A stretch of 64,000 nucleotides of DNA from the NCBI RefSeq assembly GCF_009914755.1, contig NC_060935.1. One strand, written 5' to 3'. The notes beneath the pieces were generated by a model. That model did not search any database, was not told the DNA's origin, and saw nothing but the letters and a program-made list of their open reading frames with translations. Shown piece by piece: positions 35,719 through 52,169 of this stretch. The stretch is from the human T2T-CHM13v2.0 reference genome, Homo sapiens. Position numbers and translations under genes: made by a program. The stretch's first letter is position 1, and the number at the start of each line of letters is the position of its first letter.

Positions 35719-35988
35719 TAACTCTCTATACTGAATTGATTCAGTCTCTCTCTCCCAAACTCCAGACTCTCAGGCGAGAGCCTTTCATTGTCCCAGTTTA
35801 AGTCACGTGTCTACTCCTAGTCCTTCCAGCCTCTTAGAGGATAATAGGCAGTGCAGGTTTTCTCTATGAGTGGAAAGAAATGATGGATATCACTTATCAT
35901 CGAGAGATATAGGCAAGTGGTAAAGCAGCATTCTATTTATGTTCCTACTTATATATTTTTAAAAGTTTCTTTCTCTCTTTTTTTCAAG

Positions 35989-36070
35989 GTTTGAATGTTT
36001 CAAGATCAAGAACTCAGTAAACTACCATCTGCTTTTTACCTTAGTTCTATTCAGTTTAATAGTAACCACA
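35989..36070 (+). CDS. ACER3: ACER3 coding exon (inferred exon 5), 82 nt, (M)FECFKIKNSVNYHLLFTLVLFSLIVTT
   Basis: Long pyrimidine tract then caAG acceptor, donor ACA|gtaagt. First G completes the ATG split from the previous exon. Encodes a hydrophobic TM segment. Confidence 0.97.
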
Positions 36071-37130
36071 GTAAGTCATATTTTGTTTCTAACAGATTAA
36101 GCATGTAAATTCACCATTTATGGAGTTTGACATATTTTACTTCCAGTATTTGCTTCATGCTGTCAAACTGAAATCTTTCTACACAAAACAAGAATATCAC
36201 ACTGACAAATATTGCTCCCTTGTTCTCTGTTCAAATGTTACTTCTCACTGTAATTGAAATACTTTTAAAAATCTGTTTAGTTTTTAAAGGGAAAAAGCAA
36301 AAAAGCAAATATTTAGTAGCAATAATTGGGAAAAATTAATTTTTCTCATAGATGGACATATTAGCTCCTATTTGTTAAAAATGAGAGATTGGCTCTGCTC
36401 CATTGGTCCAAATGTGACTGTTGTAATGGTTATCTTTTCTCTAGTAAGTTGAGATAGCTAGTCACTTCTAATTCTACATTAATGCTTTTTTTCTCAAGTA
36501 AATTGCATTTTATATTATGAAAATATTTATTGCAGAAAACATTTATTGAAAACTTACCATGTCAGGCACTAGAAATACAGAGATGATTAAAAAGCAGTTG
36601 CTATCTGTGAGGAGCTCATTCTGTTAGAGATTTTAGACATGTACACAAAGAATTGCATCAAAAGATAATAATTGCAATAATAGGGGTAAAAACTACTTAT
36701 ATGGTGATGAGATAAAGGAGGTTCAATCAAGGCTTCATGCATGAGTCAAGGAAAGCTTCTGAGATGAGGCACTTGCACTAGAATTTAACTGATGATTAGG
36801 AGTTCATCAGACCCCTGGGCAAGAGTGCAGTGAAGAATTTGTAGATAGCACTATTGTTTGTTCATAGGCAGAGAACTTTGAAACAACATAGTGAACTACC
36901 ATTTTCAATCACTTACTATATGCCAGATATTGTAACTATGTACTTTACCTTCATTGTCTCATTAAATCATCACCACTGGTAGAATTGGGCAAGATTTAAT
37001 ATGGCTGGAACATATGGTAATTGAAGAGCAGTGAATGAGTCTAGTGAATTAGACAAATGTCAAATTATAAATACCCCTCTATGCCTTGTTTAAGAGTTCA
37101 AATATTTATCCTCGAAGAAGTGTGGAGCAG

Positions 37131-37436
<306 letters not shown>

Positions 37437-38001
37437 GGTAGTGTGGAGCCAATAACTGGTTTAAAGGAAAGATGTAATCAGATACGTGTTTTAGAAAGAT
37501 TGCTCTGGTTATGAGGCTGGATTACAGGAGTATGAGACTAGACCCAGGGACTTCTGTATTTGCTTTAGTAAGATATGAGACTCAGGTGAAAGTAATATAG
37601 CTGTGGGGTTGAAAAGAAACGGTCATAAGTAACAAACTGCAGGATATGTGACCCACTTCATAGTAGAGGGGGTGGAAGTAGAGTAAAAAGGAGTTGTCTA
37701 GAATGACTCCTGGCCTGGTTGTCAGGATAGATAGTATGTCCTTAATCAAAACAGGAAACTTGGAGGATGAACAGCTTTTGCAGGATAGATAATGAGTAGG
37801 TTTGCGCCATGGGGTAGGGGTAGAGATAAATTCAATATGAAATGTGTTAAGATTGAGGTGCCTGACATTAATTACATCTGAGGCTTTACAGTTAGGCTGG
37901 CCTAAAGATGTAGATTTAGGAATTGTCAGGGTATAGATAGTACAAAAATATGAGAATAGATGACCTGAAAAAGTAGCATAGGCCGTTAAGATGACTAAAG
38001 G

Positions 38002-38296
38002 GGCCAGGCACAGTGGCTCACACCTGTAATCCCAGCACTTTGGGAGGCCACGATGGGAGGACTACTTGAGCCCAGGAGTTCAAGACCAGCTGGGCAACAT
38101 AGTGAGACCTCGTCTCTACAAAACATTTTTTAAAAATTAGCTGGATGTGGTGGCATGCACCTGTAGTCCCAGCTACTCAGGAAGCTGAGGTGAGAGGATT
38201 GCTTGAGCCCGAGAGGTCAAGGCTTCAGTGAGCCATGATTGTGCCACTGCACTCTGGCCTGGGTGACAGAGTGAGGCCCTGTCTCAAAACAAACAA
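38002..38296 (+). mobile_element. Alu (J-like)
   Basis: Forward Alu. Confidence 0.9.
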
Positions 38297-38665
38297 AGAC
38301 TAAAAGTACAACCTAATGAAATACTTACATTTGAGGACTAGGTGGAAGAAATGGAGCTAGCAAAAGAGACTGAGAACAAGTAATTAGGGATGTAAGAAAG
38401 CTAGGAGAGCCTGATGTCATGGAGTACAAAGATTTCTAGAAGTGAAAAATGGAAGAACAGTTGCCTCTGAAAGGATGAGTACAATGAAGATTGAGAGCTA
38501 ATAGAAATTTTCAGTTGGAAGACCAGGTAACCTTAATGAGGATGCTGTCAGTAGTGAATTGATGGAGGCAAAAGCCAGATTTCAGTTAGTTGAGATGTTG
38601 AATAGGAGGTTGAGAGGGCACATATGCACTATTTACTTGTTTCCACATTACTTTGCCTAAACTAC

Positions 38666-39045
38666 TGTATTAGTCCCTTCTCATGCTGCTATAAAGAAAT
38701 ACCCAAGACTGGGTAATTTATAAAGGAAAGAAGTTTAATTGACTCACAGTTCCGCATGGCTGGGGAGGCCTCTGGAAACTTAACAAATCATCGTGGAAGG
38801 TGAAGCAAACACATCCTTCTTCACATGGTGGCAGGAGAAAGAAGTGCAGAGCGAAGCGGGAAGAAGCTCCTTATAAAACCATCAGATCTCATGAGAACTC
38901 ACTCACTATGATGAGAAAAGCATGAGGGAACCACCCCCATGATCTGTTCACCTCCCACAAAGTCCCTTCCCCAACACATAGGGATTACGATTCAGATTAC
39001 AATTCAAGATGAGATTTTGGGTGGGCATACAACCAAACCATATCA
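38666..39045 (-). mobile_element. THE1/MST MaLR solo LTR
   Basis: tgtattagtc...aaaccatatca ends with perfect 5-bp TSD ACTAC. Confidence 0.9.
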
Positions 39046-40883
39046 ACTACATATTGGTTAATCGTGAAAGAATTGTAGAATTTCAGAGGTGAAATGAAGT
39101 CTTGTTATGATATGAAAGAAGAGAATCAAATCTAGAGATTGTCAGTGACTTGCCTGGCCAATCAAGTGTATATAGACAATTGGTGGGAGAGACAGACTTT
39201 GAAGTCAGATTTAAGTTTGGATCCAGGCTACTTAAAAACTTTGGGACCTTGCAAATTACTTAATCTCTCTCAGCCTTAGTTTCCTTTATCTGTTAAATGA
39301 AGAAAATAATAGTATATATTTTATGTTAGTTGTGAAAATTAATACCTAACACATAGGAAGGACTCCATAATTATTCGCTTTAAAAATGTCTTTAAGAGAT
39401 ATGTCGTTTTGCATTTCTTTTATTAGTAACAATGGGAATCTGATAGCATTACCTATATAAATGGAAATTAGTATTTTGAAATAAGAAATTTCAGAGATTA
39501 AAAGCATTCTCCCTTACTGGGTTTAGAGTTACAGATATACAATATCTCATACACATCATACTTTTAAAGCTCACAATGCTTAAAGGAAATAATCTGGGTT
39601 TGGTTTTTTTTTTTTGTACTGAGGGTAGAAACTTCTTTAGCCAAATAATAAAATTATATAAAATTTTATGGGATTGCTACATTAAATGAGGATATAGAAA
39701 TATCTAAATCCAGTACTTAATATCAAAGATATTATAGTCTTGTAGGGAGAGAAACAAACCATTAAATGCCACAAAGTTTATACATGAAGAGTAATGGTAG
39801 AAAGGAGTGTGACTGGTTGCTTCCGCTGTATAGAGAAAGGATCAGAAAAGGCTTCAAGAAGGAGGTATAGTTTGAGTTGAATCCTAAAAGATAAGTAATG
39901 AATAGAGGAGGATTTCTGAACAAAGTAAAGAGCAGCATGTTTAAAAATACAGAAGCATGAAACTAGCACATTTGAGGAAGCACAGTACTTTCTGGAGACT
40001 TGGATGAGGAGGAAACAAGAAGACAATAGTGAGACCAAATAGAAAGGAAGGAATCATGGAAGGATTTGAATGTTAGGTTAAGAAATTTGAACTTTGTCTT
40101 ACAAGTGATGAGAGTCATGGCAGGGTCATGACTTGAATTTTGATTCCCCTGTACCATGTCATTTAAAAACTGTACTCCTGTAGGGCAATACATGCATGTT
40201 AAATCTTAACTAGGCATTGAGCTTAATCATCCACATGACATTGGAACCTACAACTAGGGTTTGTGTAACTGCGAATGCATCTAGAAGGTGAGTTAGAGAT
40301 TTCTGGAAGCATAAGAAAGCATAAGAAATTTGTTTTAAATGTCTTCACTTACTGAGTGCCTACTGTATGCTAGACACTTTCAGGTATTTTAGCTTATCAT
40401 TCCTCATCACTATTATTGTTCATTATCCAGATGAGGAAGGATGCGTCTTCTAGTTAAATTACTTATCCAAGGCATGTAGCAAGTAAGTGGCAGAAGTTGA
40501 AATTTACTCCTATCTCTAAGTCCGGTGTTCTCTCTGTTGTAGAACAGATCTGCTTTGGGGATTGTCAACATAACCTCTTCACTCCTCATGAGAATCCATA
40601 TATCCTTATCTCTCCTTGATACTGATGCAGAGTTTGGAGTGGTCCACAACAGATCTAAAACATTCTACTCACCATAACAGGGCTAGCACTGAGGAAATCC
40701 TCCTGTAGATACTAGCTCTCCTGTGGCATGCCACTTGATCTGATTGCTTTTACATGGCTAGATTCAAGTCTGAGTAAGATGGGGGAAGCAGGAGAGGTTT
40801 GGGATTTGCAGAGTAATTGGAGTCGGTTTTTCCCCCCTTCATAATGTACTTCATTCACATGTGTTTTTTCTAATATTTTGCAG

Positions 40884-40919
40884 GTTTACCTTAAGGTAAA
40901 AGAGCCAATATTCCATCAG
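40884..40919 (+). CDS. ACER3: ACER3 coding exon (inferred exon 6), 36 nt, VYLKVKEPIFHQ
   Basis: Acceptor ttttgcAG, donor CAG|gtaatt. Phase 0-0. Matches recalled ACER3 sequence. Confidence 0.95.
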
Positions 40920-41877
40920 GTAATTTTTTGTAAATTATTACACATTAGATTGTTTACAATACATGGCTGCTTTGTGATTTCCTTGTCTAAGAAATGATAT
41001 GCAGATAAAAATTTTTTTAATGAAATGGTAGATGTTCTAAGGAAGTTCAGTGTTTAAAAGGGAGGTTGTAAACTCAAATGCTTACAGGAGTCAAGTGTAG
41101 GTAACAGGAATATACCTGGGATAGCCAATGCGCAGGTCCAGCTGGCTGTTGGTATTCAGTAATACAGGTGCAACATTGCTATTATAAGCAGAAAGAACCA
41201 GGAAGCATTATGCACATACACATAAAGTCTTTTTATGACATCTAGAAAAGACAGACTGAAAATTCCTTGAGTATTTTCCCTCTAATATATTTTAACACAT
41301 TTTTTGACATGGGAGGTGATGTACATTGAAGGAAGCAGACACAGGAAACTTTATTGTAGGAAATGGTGATTTAAGTGCATGCCATCATGACACCAGAGTG
41401 AAATAAAGAAGTAAGCCTTTGAGTGTTGCCATGTGCCTGGTACTATGCTCACTACTACACAGACTTCTAATCTCACCAACAGTCCTACTAATTGGGAATT
41501 ATTATATACATTTCAAGGAAAATGAGCTCAGAAATATTAAGTAATTTGCCCTAGGGTGACACAGTTATTAAGGGGGAGAGCCAGGATTATAACCTAGATT
41601 TGTCTGACTCCTTTTCACCATTCTTTTAACAAACTAGCAAACAAAAATGAATAAATAAGCACGCTTTTCAGAAGTGCCAGAGTTTTAAAATATTTTGTGC
41701 TTATATAAACATTTACTAATGTTCTTGTAACTTTTACAATTCAAGCTATACAATAATCATCTAACTGGAATATGGCTTTTGAAATATATTCTATAACCAC
41801 ATTATTATGCCTTGCTTTTCTCCAGGTCAGCTGCAGGTAGATGAACTAAAGTAAATGGTACAGAAAAGACATCCTCA

Positions 41878-42252
<375 letters not shown>

Positions 42253-42292
42253 TTATTTAGAAAGTTTTATTAACAGTATAAAAAACAAAGTT

Positions 42293-42587
42293 GGCCAGGC
42301 ACAGCGGCTTATGCCTATAATCTCAGTCCTTTGGGAGGCTGAGGTGGGAGGATTGCTTGAAGCCAGGAGTTCGAGACTAACCTGGGAAACATAGCAAAAA
42401 AAGAAAAAAAAAATCGGGCATGGTGGAACATGCCTGTATTCCTAGTTACTTGGGAAGCTGAGGCAGGAGGATCCCTTGAGCCCAGGAGGATCCCTTGAGC
42501 CCAGGAGTTTGAGGCTGCAGTGAACTATGATTGTGCCACTGCACTCCAGCCCAGGCAACATATCTCTTAAAATAATAATAAATAAAT
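42293..42587 (+). mobile_element. Alu (J-like) with a 19-bp internal tandem duplication
   Basis: Forward Alu, ggaggatcccttgagccca repeated twice. Confidence 0.88.
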
Positions 42588-43221
42588 GAAGTTAATTTGT
42601 ATAAATACCTCAGTTTTTATAAACTTGTTTGCCTTTACTAAGAAAGAAAAATAATGACCACAAAAATATAAAATTTGGAAATTCTGGGTTAATTTTTACA
42701 AGTTTTATGACCATCTGTTTTTCATTTAGTGCTTTAGAACTATTTGACACTATGTAATAAAAAACAACTCTTACTAAGTAACTACCCCGGTGCAATATCC
42801 ATGTGTTTTTCCACTAATGAAGATTTTCTTCCCTATGTATAGCAGTAATATTTATTGATAAGAAGAGAAGCAGGATGAAAGCTAGGTCTATCCATGCCCA
42901 CTGTGGCTTGTGTCCTAGGCCTAGAGATTAAAAATCAGGATAGAGAAATGAAGAAATAAGGGAATGCTAGAGTGAAGCAAATAAGTAATCTAAAGGTAAA
43001 AGACATTCTTTCATTCAACAGATGTCTACTGTCTGCCTTCTCTGTACCAAATTCTGAGCTGGAATTTGGAGACAGGCAGCAAAGCAAAGACTTTATGATC
43101 TACATACAGTCAAGCAGACCTGGATTTAAAATCTGTCTCCTCCACTTACTAACTGTACACCCTGGACAAGTTAGTTAACCTCTCTGAGCTGGCTTCCTCG
43201 TTGTTCAACAATCTCCCCACC

Positions 43222-43521
43222 TTTTTTTTTTTGAAATAGAGCCTCGCCCTGTCACCCAGGCTGGAGTGCAGTGGCTCAATCACAGCTCACTACAGCCTTG
43301 ACCTCCTGGGCTCAAGCAGTCCTCCCACCTCAGCCTCCCAAGTAGCTGGGATTACAGGCACACACCACTACAACAGGCTGTTTTGCATCTTTTGTAGAGA
43401 TGGGTTTTACCGTGTTGCCCGGCAGGTCTCAAAACTCCTGAGCTCAAGCAGTCTGCTCACCTCAGCCCCTGCCTTGGTGAAGCTCAGGCAGGGTTACAGG
43501 TGTGAGCCACTGTGCCCAGCC
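43222..43521 (-). mobile_element. Alu (J-like)
   Basis: Reverse Alu. Confidence 0.88.
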
Positions 43522-43987
43522 TGAACAAACCCTTTTTAAGTGCCTTCAATGTTCCAGACACTGTACTAGGCACAAGAGATACATATACTAGTGAATAAAA
43601 TAACAAGCCCTGCCCTCAAGGACCTTACACCCTATCTCTATAGTAACCTCCTAAGTTTGAGGATTGAATGAAATAATGTGTATAAAACCCTTGTCACATA
43701 GTAAACACTCAATAAATGTTAACTAACATTAATATACACAGGCAAATAAGATATGGCCACTAATCTCAAGAAGATCATTGTCTAATCAGTAATACAGACT
43801 TGTAAAAATTAATTGCAGTATATAAGTCTTGCGATAAATATGTAAAAGCAGTGGTAATATAGACAAGGGTAAGCTCTGTCTACTTAGATGACTCATAGAG
43901 GGGCTTCAGGAGAGTCTTGAAGATGAACAAGATGTCACAGGTAGAGAAGTAAAGGCTATTCCATCTATAGAGAAGCATGTGTTAAGG

Positions 43988-44306
43988 CAGCAGTCCCCAA
44001 CCTTTTTGGCACCAGAGACCGGTTTTGTGGAAGACAATTTTTCCACGGACAGCCAGGGGATGGTTTTGGGATTCCACCTCATATCATCAGGCATTAGATT
44101 CTCATAAAGAGCACACAACCTAGATCCCTTATATGTGCAGTTCACAATAGTGTTTGCGCTCCTATGAGAATCTAATGCCACTGCTGATTTGATAAGAGGC
44201 AGAGCTCAGGCGATAATGCTCACTTGCCTGCAGCTCACCTCCTGCTGTGCAGCCCAGTTCCTAAAAGGCTGCAGACCTGTACCAGTCTGGGGGATGGGGA
44301 CCCCTG
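43988..44306 (+). mobile_element. MER1 (hAT-Charlie) DNA transposon
   Basis: Terminal inverted repeats cagcagtcccc...ggggacccctg with perfect 8-bp TSD TGTTAAGG. Confidence 0.92.
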
Positions 44307-44481
44307 TGTTAAGGTACAGAAGTGTGAATTGGTAACTCTTGCACATGAAACAGGAGTACAAGTTCACCCAGGGATTTGTGGTAGTGTGCTGAAGCGTTTA
44401 CAGAATCAGTGACTGCATCTGAACATTCCTATTTTCCTATAACATTTATTTTATTCAACTATATTGTAGGGATTAAACTTT

Positions 44482-44941
<460 letters not shown>

Positions 44942-46693
44942 TAAATATGTTACAGAACTGAGTACAATGACCACATGAATTTTTAGGATGAAATAACAAA
45001 CTTCAAAGAAGTTTGTGTTTTCAATGTGCCTCTCCCGTCTCTGTCCATCAGGAATAAGTCACCCTTCCTTTGCTATTAGGAATATTTTGTAGAAAAGTTT
45101 TAAAAGCATCGGTATACTATAAATATTTGGTATGGCTGGCCCTAGCTGTAGGAGATGGGTTTGGATTACTGGTGAGGTGGTTAGGTCATGAGGAGCCCTT
45201 TATACTATGCTTAAAGTTATAAGCAGTCAGGAGCCATTAAAGGGTTTTAAGCTGCAGTATGACCAAATCAGATTCTCATTTTAGACAGATCATTGAAAGG
45301 CTACCTAGGGGCTGGAGGAAGGAAGTAAAAGGCCAAGGAAAGAGAAAAGTTTGATTTCTGTTGCCCTAGTCCACTGAGAAAGGATTTTTTAAAAAACTAG
45401 TGCTATAGGATGATATGAAACAATACACTATAGATATAATAAGTAAATTTATATAGTATACATACATGCTAGAAGGTGATAACTGCTATAAAAAAGAAAA
45501 ATATGTTAGGTTGGGGGATGTCCTTCCACTTGCCCCTCCTTCACTCTCTCCAGTCACACTGAGTCTTGCTTTATATTTCAAACACAACAAGCATGTTTCT
45601 ACTTTAGGACTTTGGCACTCACTATTGCCACTGCCTAGGATACTAGTACCCCAGCTATCTACATGGTTTATATCCTCACTTCATTCAGGTCTCTGCTTAA
45701 ATGTTAACTTAGCAGAGAGGCCTTACCTAACAACTCTGTCTAAAATTACAGCCCATCCTTCTCTGTGTTATCCTGATTTAACTTTTATTAGTTGCTTTAG
45801 TAGAGAGAAAACACTAATAATATTTTTATAGCCTTTGGAGTTTGGAGACTGAAAACAACTATTAAATATAGAAAGATAAAATTTCACTATAAAAATATAC
45901 ATATTGTTAGATAAAAATTATAAGGAGCAGAAAAGTATACATTCTGTCATCTTTTTATTTAAAAAAAAAACCTCTATAAGTTTAGAAATCAAACTTATAT
46001 AGCTGAACATGCTGCCAGCCAGATAAAATCAGTTTCTATATAGTCGGAAGGAGACAATGAATACTAGGTAGGCCACTAGCAGTGGGGAGCATCAAAAGTA
46101 TGGGGTAGGTTGCTCTGGAGAGAAGAAAGTTAATTTGAAAAAGTCCCATGATGTTGCCAAGGCATAGGTTCTTTCCTAATCCATCATTTCGTATGCTCAA
46201 CATATTCCCTGGGAAATTCATTCCCTTTGACTCCTATATGCTGACAGTTCTGTTTCTTCAGCTGTGATTTTTCTTTTAAACTATAGACCTAGGAATCCAA
46301 CTTCTGCTAGAGGTCTCTACTTAGATATCTCACTGGCACATCAAACTGAACGTATATGCAGAAGTGAACTCACTACTTTTCTCCCTAGTCTTTCTTCTCT
46401 TCATATATTCTCTAATCCAATAATTAATTTTGCCATGCACCTAACTGTCCATGCCACAAACCAGGCCATCATCCTTGTCTTTCCCCCTGTCTAACTTCCA
46501 TTCAAATTGATGATTAGTCTGAACCCTAAATCTCTCTCTAATCTGGCCACTTCTCTGCATCTCCCCTGATATTACCCTAGTTCAGGTCTCTATCTCTCAC
46601 TTAGATTACTGCAACACGTTATCATTGGTCTGTTTCCTGTCAGTCTCACCTCCCTCTCTTTCTCCACTCAGCACAACAGGGACATCTTTCTAA

Positions 46694-47359
<666 letters not shown>

Positions 47360-47969
47360 TCTGTTACTGTTATATAAAGTCCAGCTCCTTAACATGACTT
47401 GAAAGGCCAGATTTGACCTCTGGTCTCTGACTCCATTTTTCCTATTCTATATTCCAACAATATACTATAAGGATCTTTTTTTCCTCCTTGTCTCTAGAAT
47501 ATAAGATATCACAATAATTCTCTTCCACTTTCTTTTAAGGTAACTGCTACGTGAGCTTCAGGTATAAAATTTTAAACACCGTATCCTCCAGAAAGACTTT
47601 CTACTGTGTAAGTCTGGATTAGGTGGCCTTCCTATGTGTTTATAAAGTACTCTGTACAGTTCCTACCATAGAGTTATAATACTATATTATAATTGCCTGG
47701 TTATTTATCTCTCCCTTTACTAGATTGTGATTGCTGTGAGTATAGGGATTATGCCTTTCTTGTTCACCATTTGTAGCAGTATAGCTATGGTTATGGATTT
47801 AAGCTGGCACTGAGGCCCTAATAAGCTTTAATCTAATACTATGTTTACTCAGCTTTATAGAAGGATACAGGGTGAGAGTTATAGCAGATGTAGCCTCTTC
47901 ATCTCATCAGAAGACCCAGAGCTATTCATATACATAGCTTCTTTTGTACCCTCATCCACATAAGATTCA

Positions 47970-48219
<250 letters not shown>

Positions 48220-49086
48220 TCAAAAGCAAACAGTATTATTATTACTTAGGAATGTATTTGTAGATGACTAGTTTAAGTTAGTAATTATATAAAGAAAAGC
48301 AAAACAATGTTTATAATACAAGTCAGGAGAGTGGTTTCCTCTAAGAAGGAAGGGAGAGGGTTGGACTGGGAAGACACACATGCAGCACTTCTTGGGGGTT
48401 AACAAGGATTTACTTCTTGACCTGGGTGGTGCTTTCTCAACTATTGGCTTTATATGTATTTGCTAACTCATATTTTCCCACCTGGTTCAATTTTCCAGGT
48501 ACTAATACACATCTAATACTCAATACAGAAAAGAAAGAAGAGCCAACGCTAGGAAGATGTGAGAACATATAGAATAAAGAACACAGGAAAATGGATTAAC
48601 CTTAGTCAAGAAGTGGGCACCTTTTTTGGAGACTAGGGATGAGAAAGAATGCCAGGGGAGGATGCATATAAATGCAGAGGCATTTAGAAGAGTTAAAAGA
48701 ATTCAGGTTTATACTATTGTAAAATGGGAAGCACAATTACTGTATTTGCTGAAAGCAAAGCTAAAGAGAAGAGAGGAGCTAAAGAGAAGAGAGGAGCTAA
48801 AGATTATGAGGCAAAATTACAGCATTTGTTCAGGTTTCAGCAGATATTTAAAATTTCAAGGATCCATTCAGAATTAAAATTGATATAGGACTTCTGATAC
48901 TGGTTATTTAATAAAGTTAAGCAGACTCTTAACTTTTCCTCAGAAGTTAGCATGATTTAGTGATTTAACACATTTTTTAACATTCTATTCTTTAAAATGT
49001 AGTGAAGGATAATAAATATTTACATTTAATTGGGAAGGCTATTTTGGTAGGCAAAATAGACTTCCTTTGCCAAACAATAATGATTG

Positions 49087-49093
49087 TACTAAC
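49087..49093 (+). promoter_or_regulatory. Perfect branch-point consensus TACTAAC upstream of exon 7
   Basis: TACTAAC with branch A at 49092, 24 nt before the exon start at 49116, followed by a pyrimidine tract. Confidence 0.85.
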
Positions 49094-49115
49094 CTCATTT
49101 TCCGTTCCTATTTAG

Positions 49116-49174
49116 GTCATGTATGGAATGTTGGTCTTTACATTAGTACTTCGATCTATTTATATTGTTACATG
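49116..49174 (+). CDS. ACER3: ACER3 coding exon (inferred exon 7), 59 nt, VMYGMLVFTLVLRSIYIVT(W)
   Basis: Acceptor ttcctatttAG, donor TG|gtaagt. In frame with the previous exon. Encodes a TM helix including Tyr149. Confidence 0.96.
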
Positions 49175-51577
49175 GTAAGTAGTTTGGATCATCTGCACCA
49201 TGACTGAAGTATATTCAGACCTATAACAGTAAATCTATAGCCTAAATCAAAATAACACATAAAAGCTCACTTCAGTAGAGATGTTGGAAGAAAACTATAA
49301 CCCAACATTTATTGTTATATTATAAGGAATACTGGGTCTTCAGACAAGTTGTTAATGGGCATCATGTGAAAACTAGGGTTCCAAAATTAAAGACATGGGA
49401 AAATTAAAGAGAGCTGTCGACGATGGCCTTGTTTTGAATATTTATAAAATTCATTAGATATTAGAGACCTTAAAAATCCTATAGTTAAAAAAAAATTGTT
49501 TTTGTCTTTCTTAAACCTACTTGACTAGGGAATTCCTTTTACATAGTACCTCCAAGGAAGGCTGTTAATGTCACAAAGAATTAGTATTTCATGAAAGATT
49601 ATTTGGGAAATGGGTATAATCTTTAGGCATTCATGAAAATTAAATAAGAAATAACATTCATGAGATTACCTTAAATAGGGCCTGGCCACACAACAGGTGT
49701 TCAATAAATAAGTAGTATGATTTGTGGGTTTGTTTTTTTTTTTCTTTTTTATTAAACTTTTAGTTTCTAGATAACTGTAAAAATGCATACATTTGTAAAA
49801 AATAATAGATCCCAGTATCCTTTACCAATCTCCTCCATTTGTAACATCTTACAAAACTATATTACAATATCAAAACCAAGGCTTGATATGAATACAGTCA
49901 AGATACAAAACATTTCCATCATCAGAAGGATGTCTATGTTGCCCTTTTATAACCAGACCTACTTCCCTCCTGCCCCACCTCACTCCTCACTCCCTGTCCT
50001 TAACCTCTGGTGATCACTTAATCTGTTCTGCATTTCTGTTTTTGTCATTTCAAGAATGTTATATAAATGGTATCAGATATATAACCTTTGAGACTGGCTT
50101 TTTGAACTCAGCATAATTATCCAAGTTGTTCAGTGTGTCAATAATTCATTCCTTTCTATTGCTGAGTAGTATTCCATGGTATAGATGTACCACAGTTTAA
50201 CCATTCATCTGTTGAGTAACATCTGGGTTGTTTCCAGTTTGAGGCAATCATGAATAAAGCTGCTATGAACAATTGTAATGCAGGTTTTTATGGGAACACA
50301 AGTTTTCACTTCTCCGGAATAAATGCCCAGAGTGAAATTGCTAGGTTTTGTAGTAATTTATGTTTAGTTTTTCTCAAAACTGCTGAATTGTTTTTCAGAG
50401 TAGCTCCACCATTTTTACATTCCCACCAGCAATATATGTGTGATCCAGTTTCTTTGCATCCTCACCAGAATTTGGTAGTGTCACTATTTTTAATGAAGTT
50501 TTTTATAATTTGCATTTCCCTAATGGCTAATCACGTTGAACATACCTTCCATGTGCTTATTTGCCATATGTGTATGTATTCTCCCTGGTAAAATTTCTGC
50601 TCATGTCTTTGCCTGGTTTCTCTTTTTTTATAAGAGATAATAAGGACAGTTGCTATTGTTTTTACAGTTGAGTTGTGAGATTCTAATTCTTTATTAAATA
50701 TGTGATTTGTGAATTCTTTCTCCCAATCTATAACTTTTCATCCTCTCTTTCAATGAGCAAACATTTTTAATTTCAATGAGGTCAAATTTATCAGTTTTAT
50801 GGATTGTGTTTTTGGTGTCAAGTCTAAGAACTCTATACCTACCTATAGATCCCAAAGATTTGTTCTTATTTTTTTTCTAAAAGATTGTATAGTTTTACAT
50901 TTTACATTTAAGTCTGTGGTTTATTTTCAGTTCATTTTGTATAAGGTGTGAGGCATAGGGTGAGGTTCTGTTTTTTCCATGTGGATGTCCAACTGTTCTA
51001 AGACCCATTAGTGGAAAAGACTATCCTTTCTCCATTGAATTGCCTTTGCACTTTTGTCAAAAATTATTTGGGTAGATTTGTGTGGGTCTGTTTTAGGGAT
51101 CTCAGTTATGTTCCATTGATTGATGTGTCTCCCCCTCCACCAATACCACACAGTCTTGATTACTGTGGCCATATAAGTCTTCAAATCATACAGACTGATT
51201 CCTCCCACTTCATTCTTTTTTTTCAAAATTGCTCTAGCTATTCAGGTTCCTTTGCCTTTCCATATAAAGTTTAGAATAATATTGTCTAAATTTAAAATCT
51301 TGTTGAGATTTTAGGAATTATAGGAATTACATTAAATATGCATATCAATTTGCAGAGCTGACATCTTTACTATGTTGAGTCTTCCAGTCCATGAACACAG
51401 TATGTCTCTTGATTTATTTAGATCTTTAATTTATTTCATCAGCATTTTGTAGTTTTCAATTTTTTAAGCAGTTGTGATATTGTATTTTTAAATTTTAGTG
51501 TCCACATGTTCATTGCTATTATATAGATACACAATTGATTATCTTTTATTCTGCCACCTTGTTGAAGTCAGTTCTAG

Positions 51578-51909
<332 letters not shown>

Positions 51910-52169
51910 CTGTAGATTTGTTTTGAAGATTTGCTGCAAATAGAAATAGTGTATATCCTCGTTCCTGATGTGTGTGCTTTTTAGTTCCTTTTTGCCTTAT
52001 TGACCTGACTAGAACTTCCAAGACTATGTTGAGTAAGAGCAGTGACAGCAGATCTCCTTGCCTTGTTCCCAATTCTAGGGGAAAAGCATTTAACCTTTCA
52101 TCATTAAGTTAAATGTTAGCTGTAAGTTTTTTATAGACGTTCTTTATTAGGTTGAGGAATTTGCCCTCT

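Noticed and set aside
41826-41836. Possible 11-nt microexon (ttttctccAG|GTCAGCTGCAG|gtagat)
   Set aside because: Weak donor, frameshifting, and not needed because exons 6 and 7 join in frame.
48759-48802. 18-bp tandem repeat (and a similar duplication at 35175-35252) as a spaced array
   Set aside because: Only about two copies with no spacers. Ordinary slippage duplications, not CRISPR-like.
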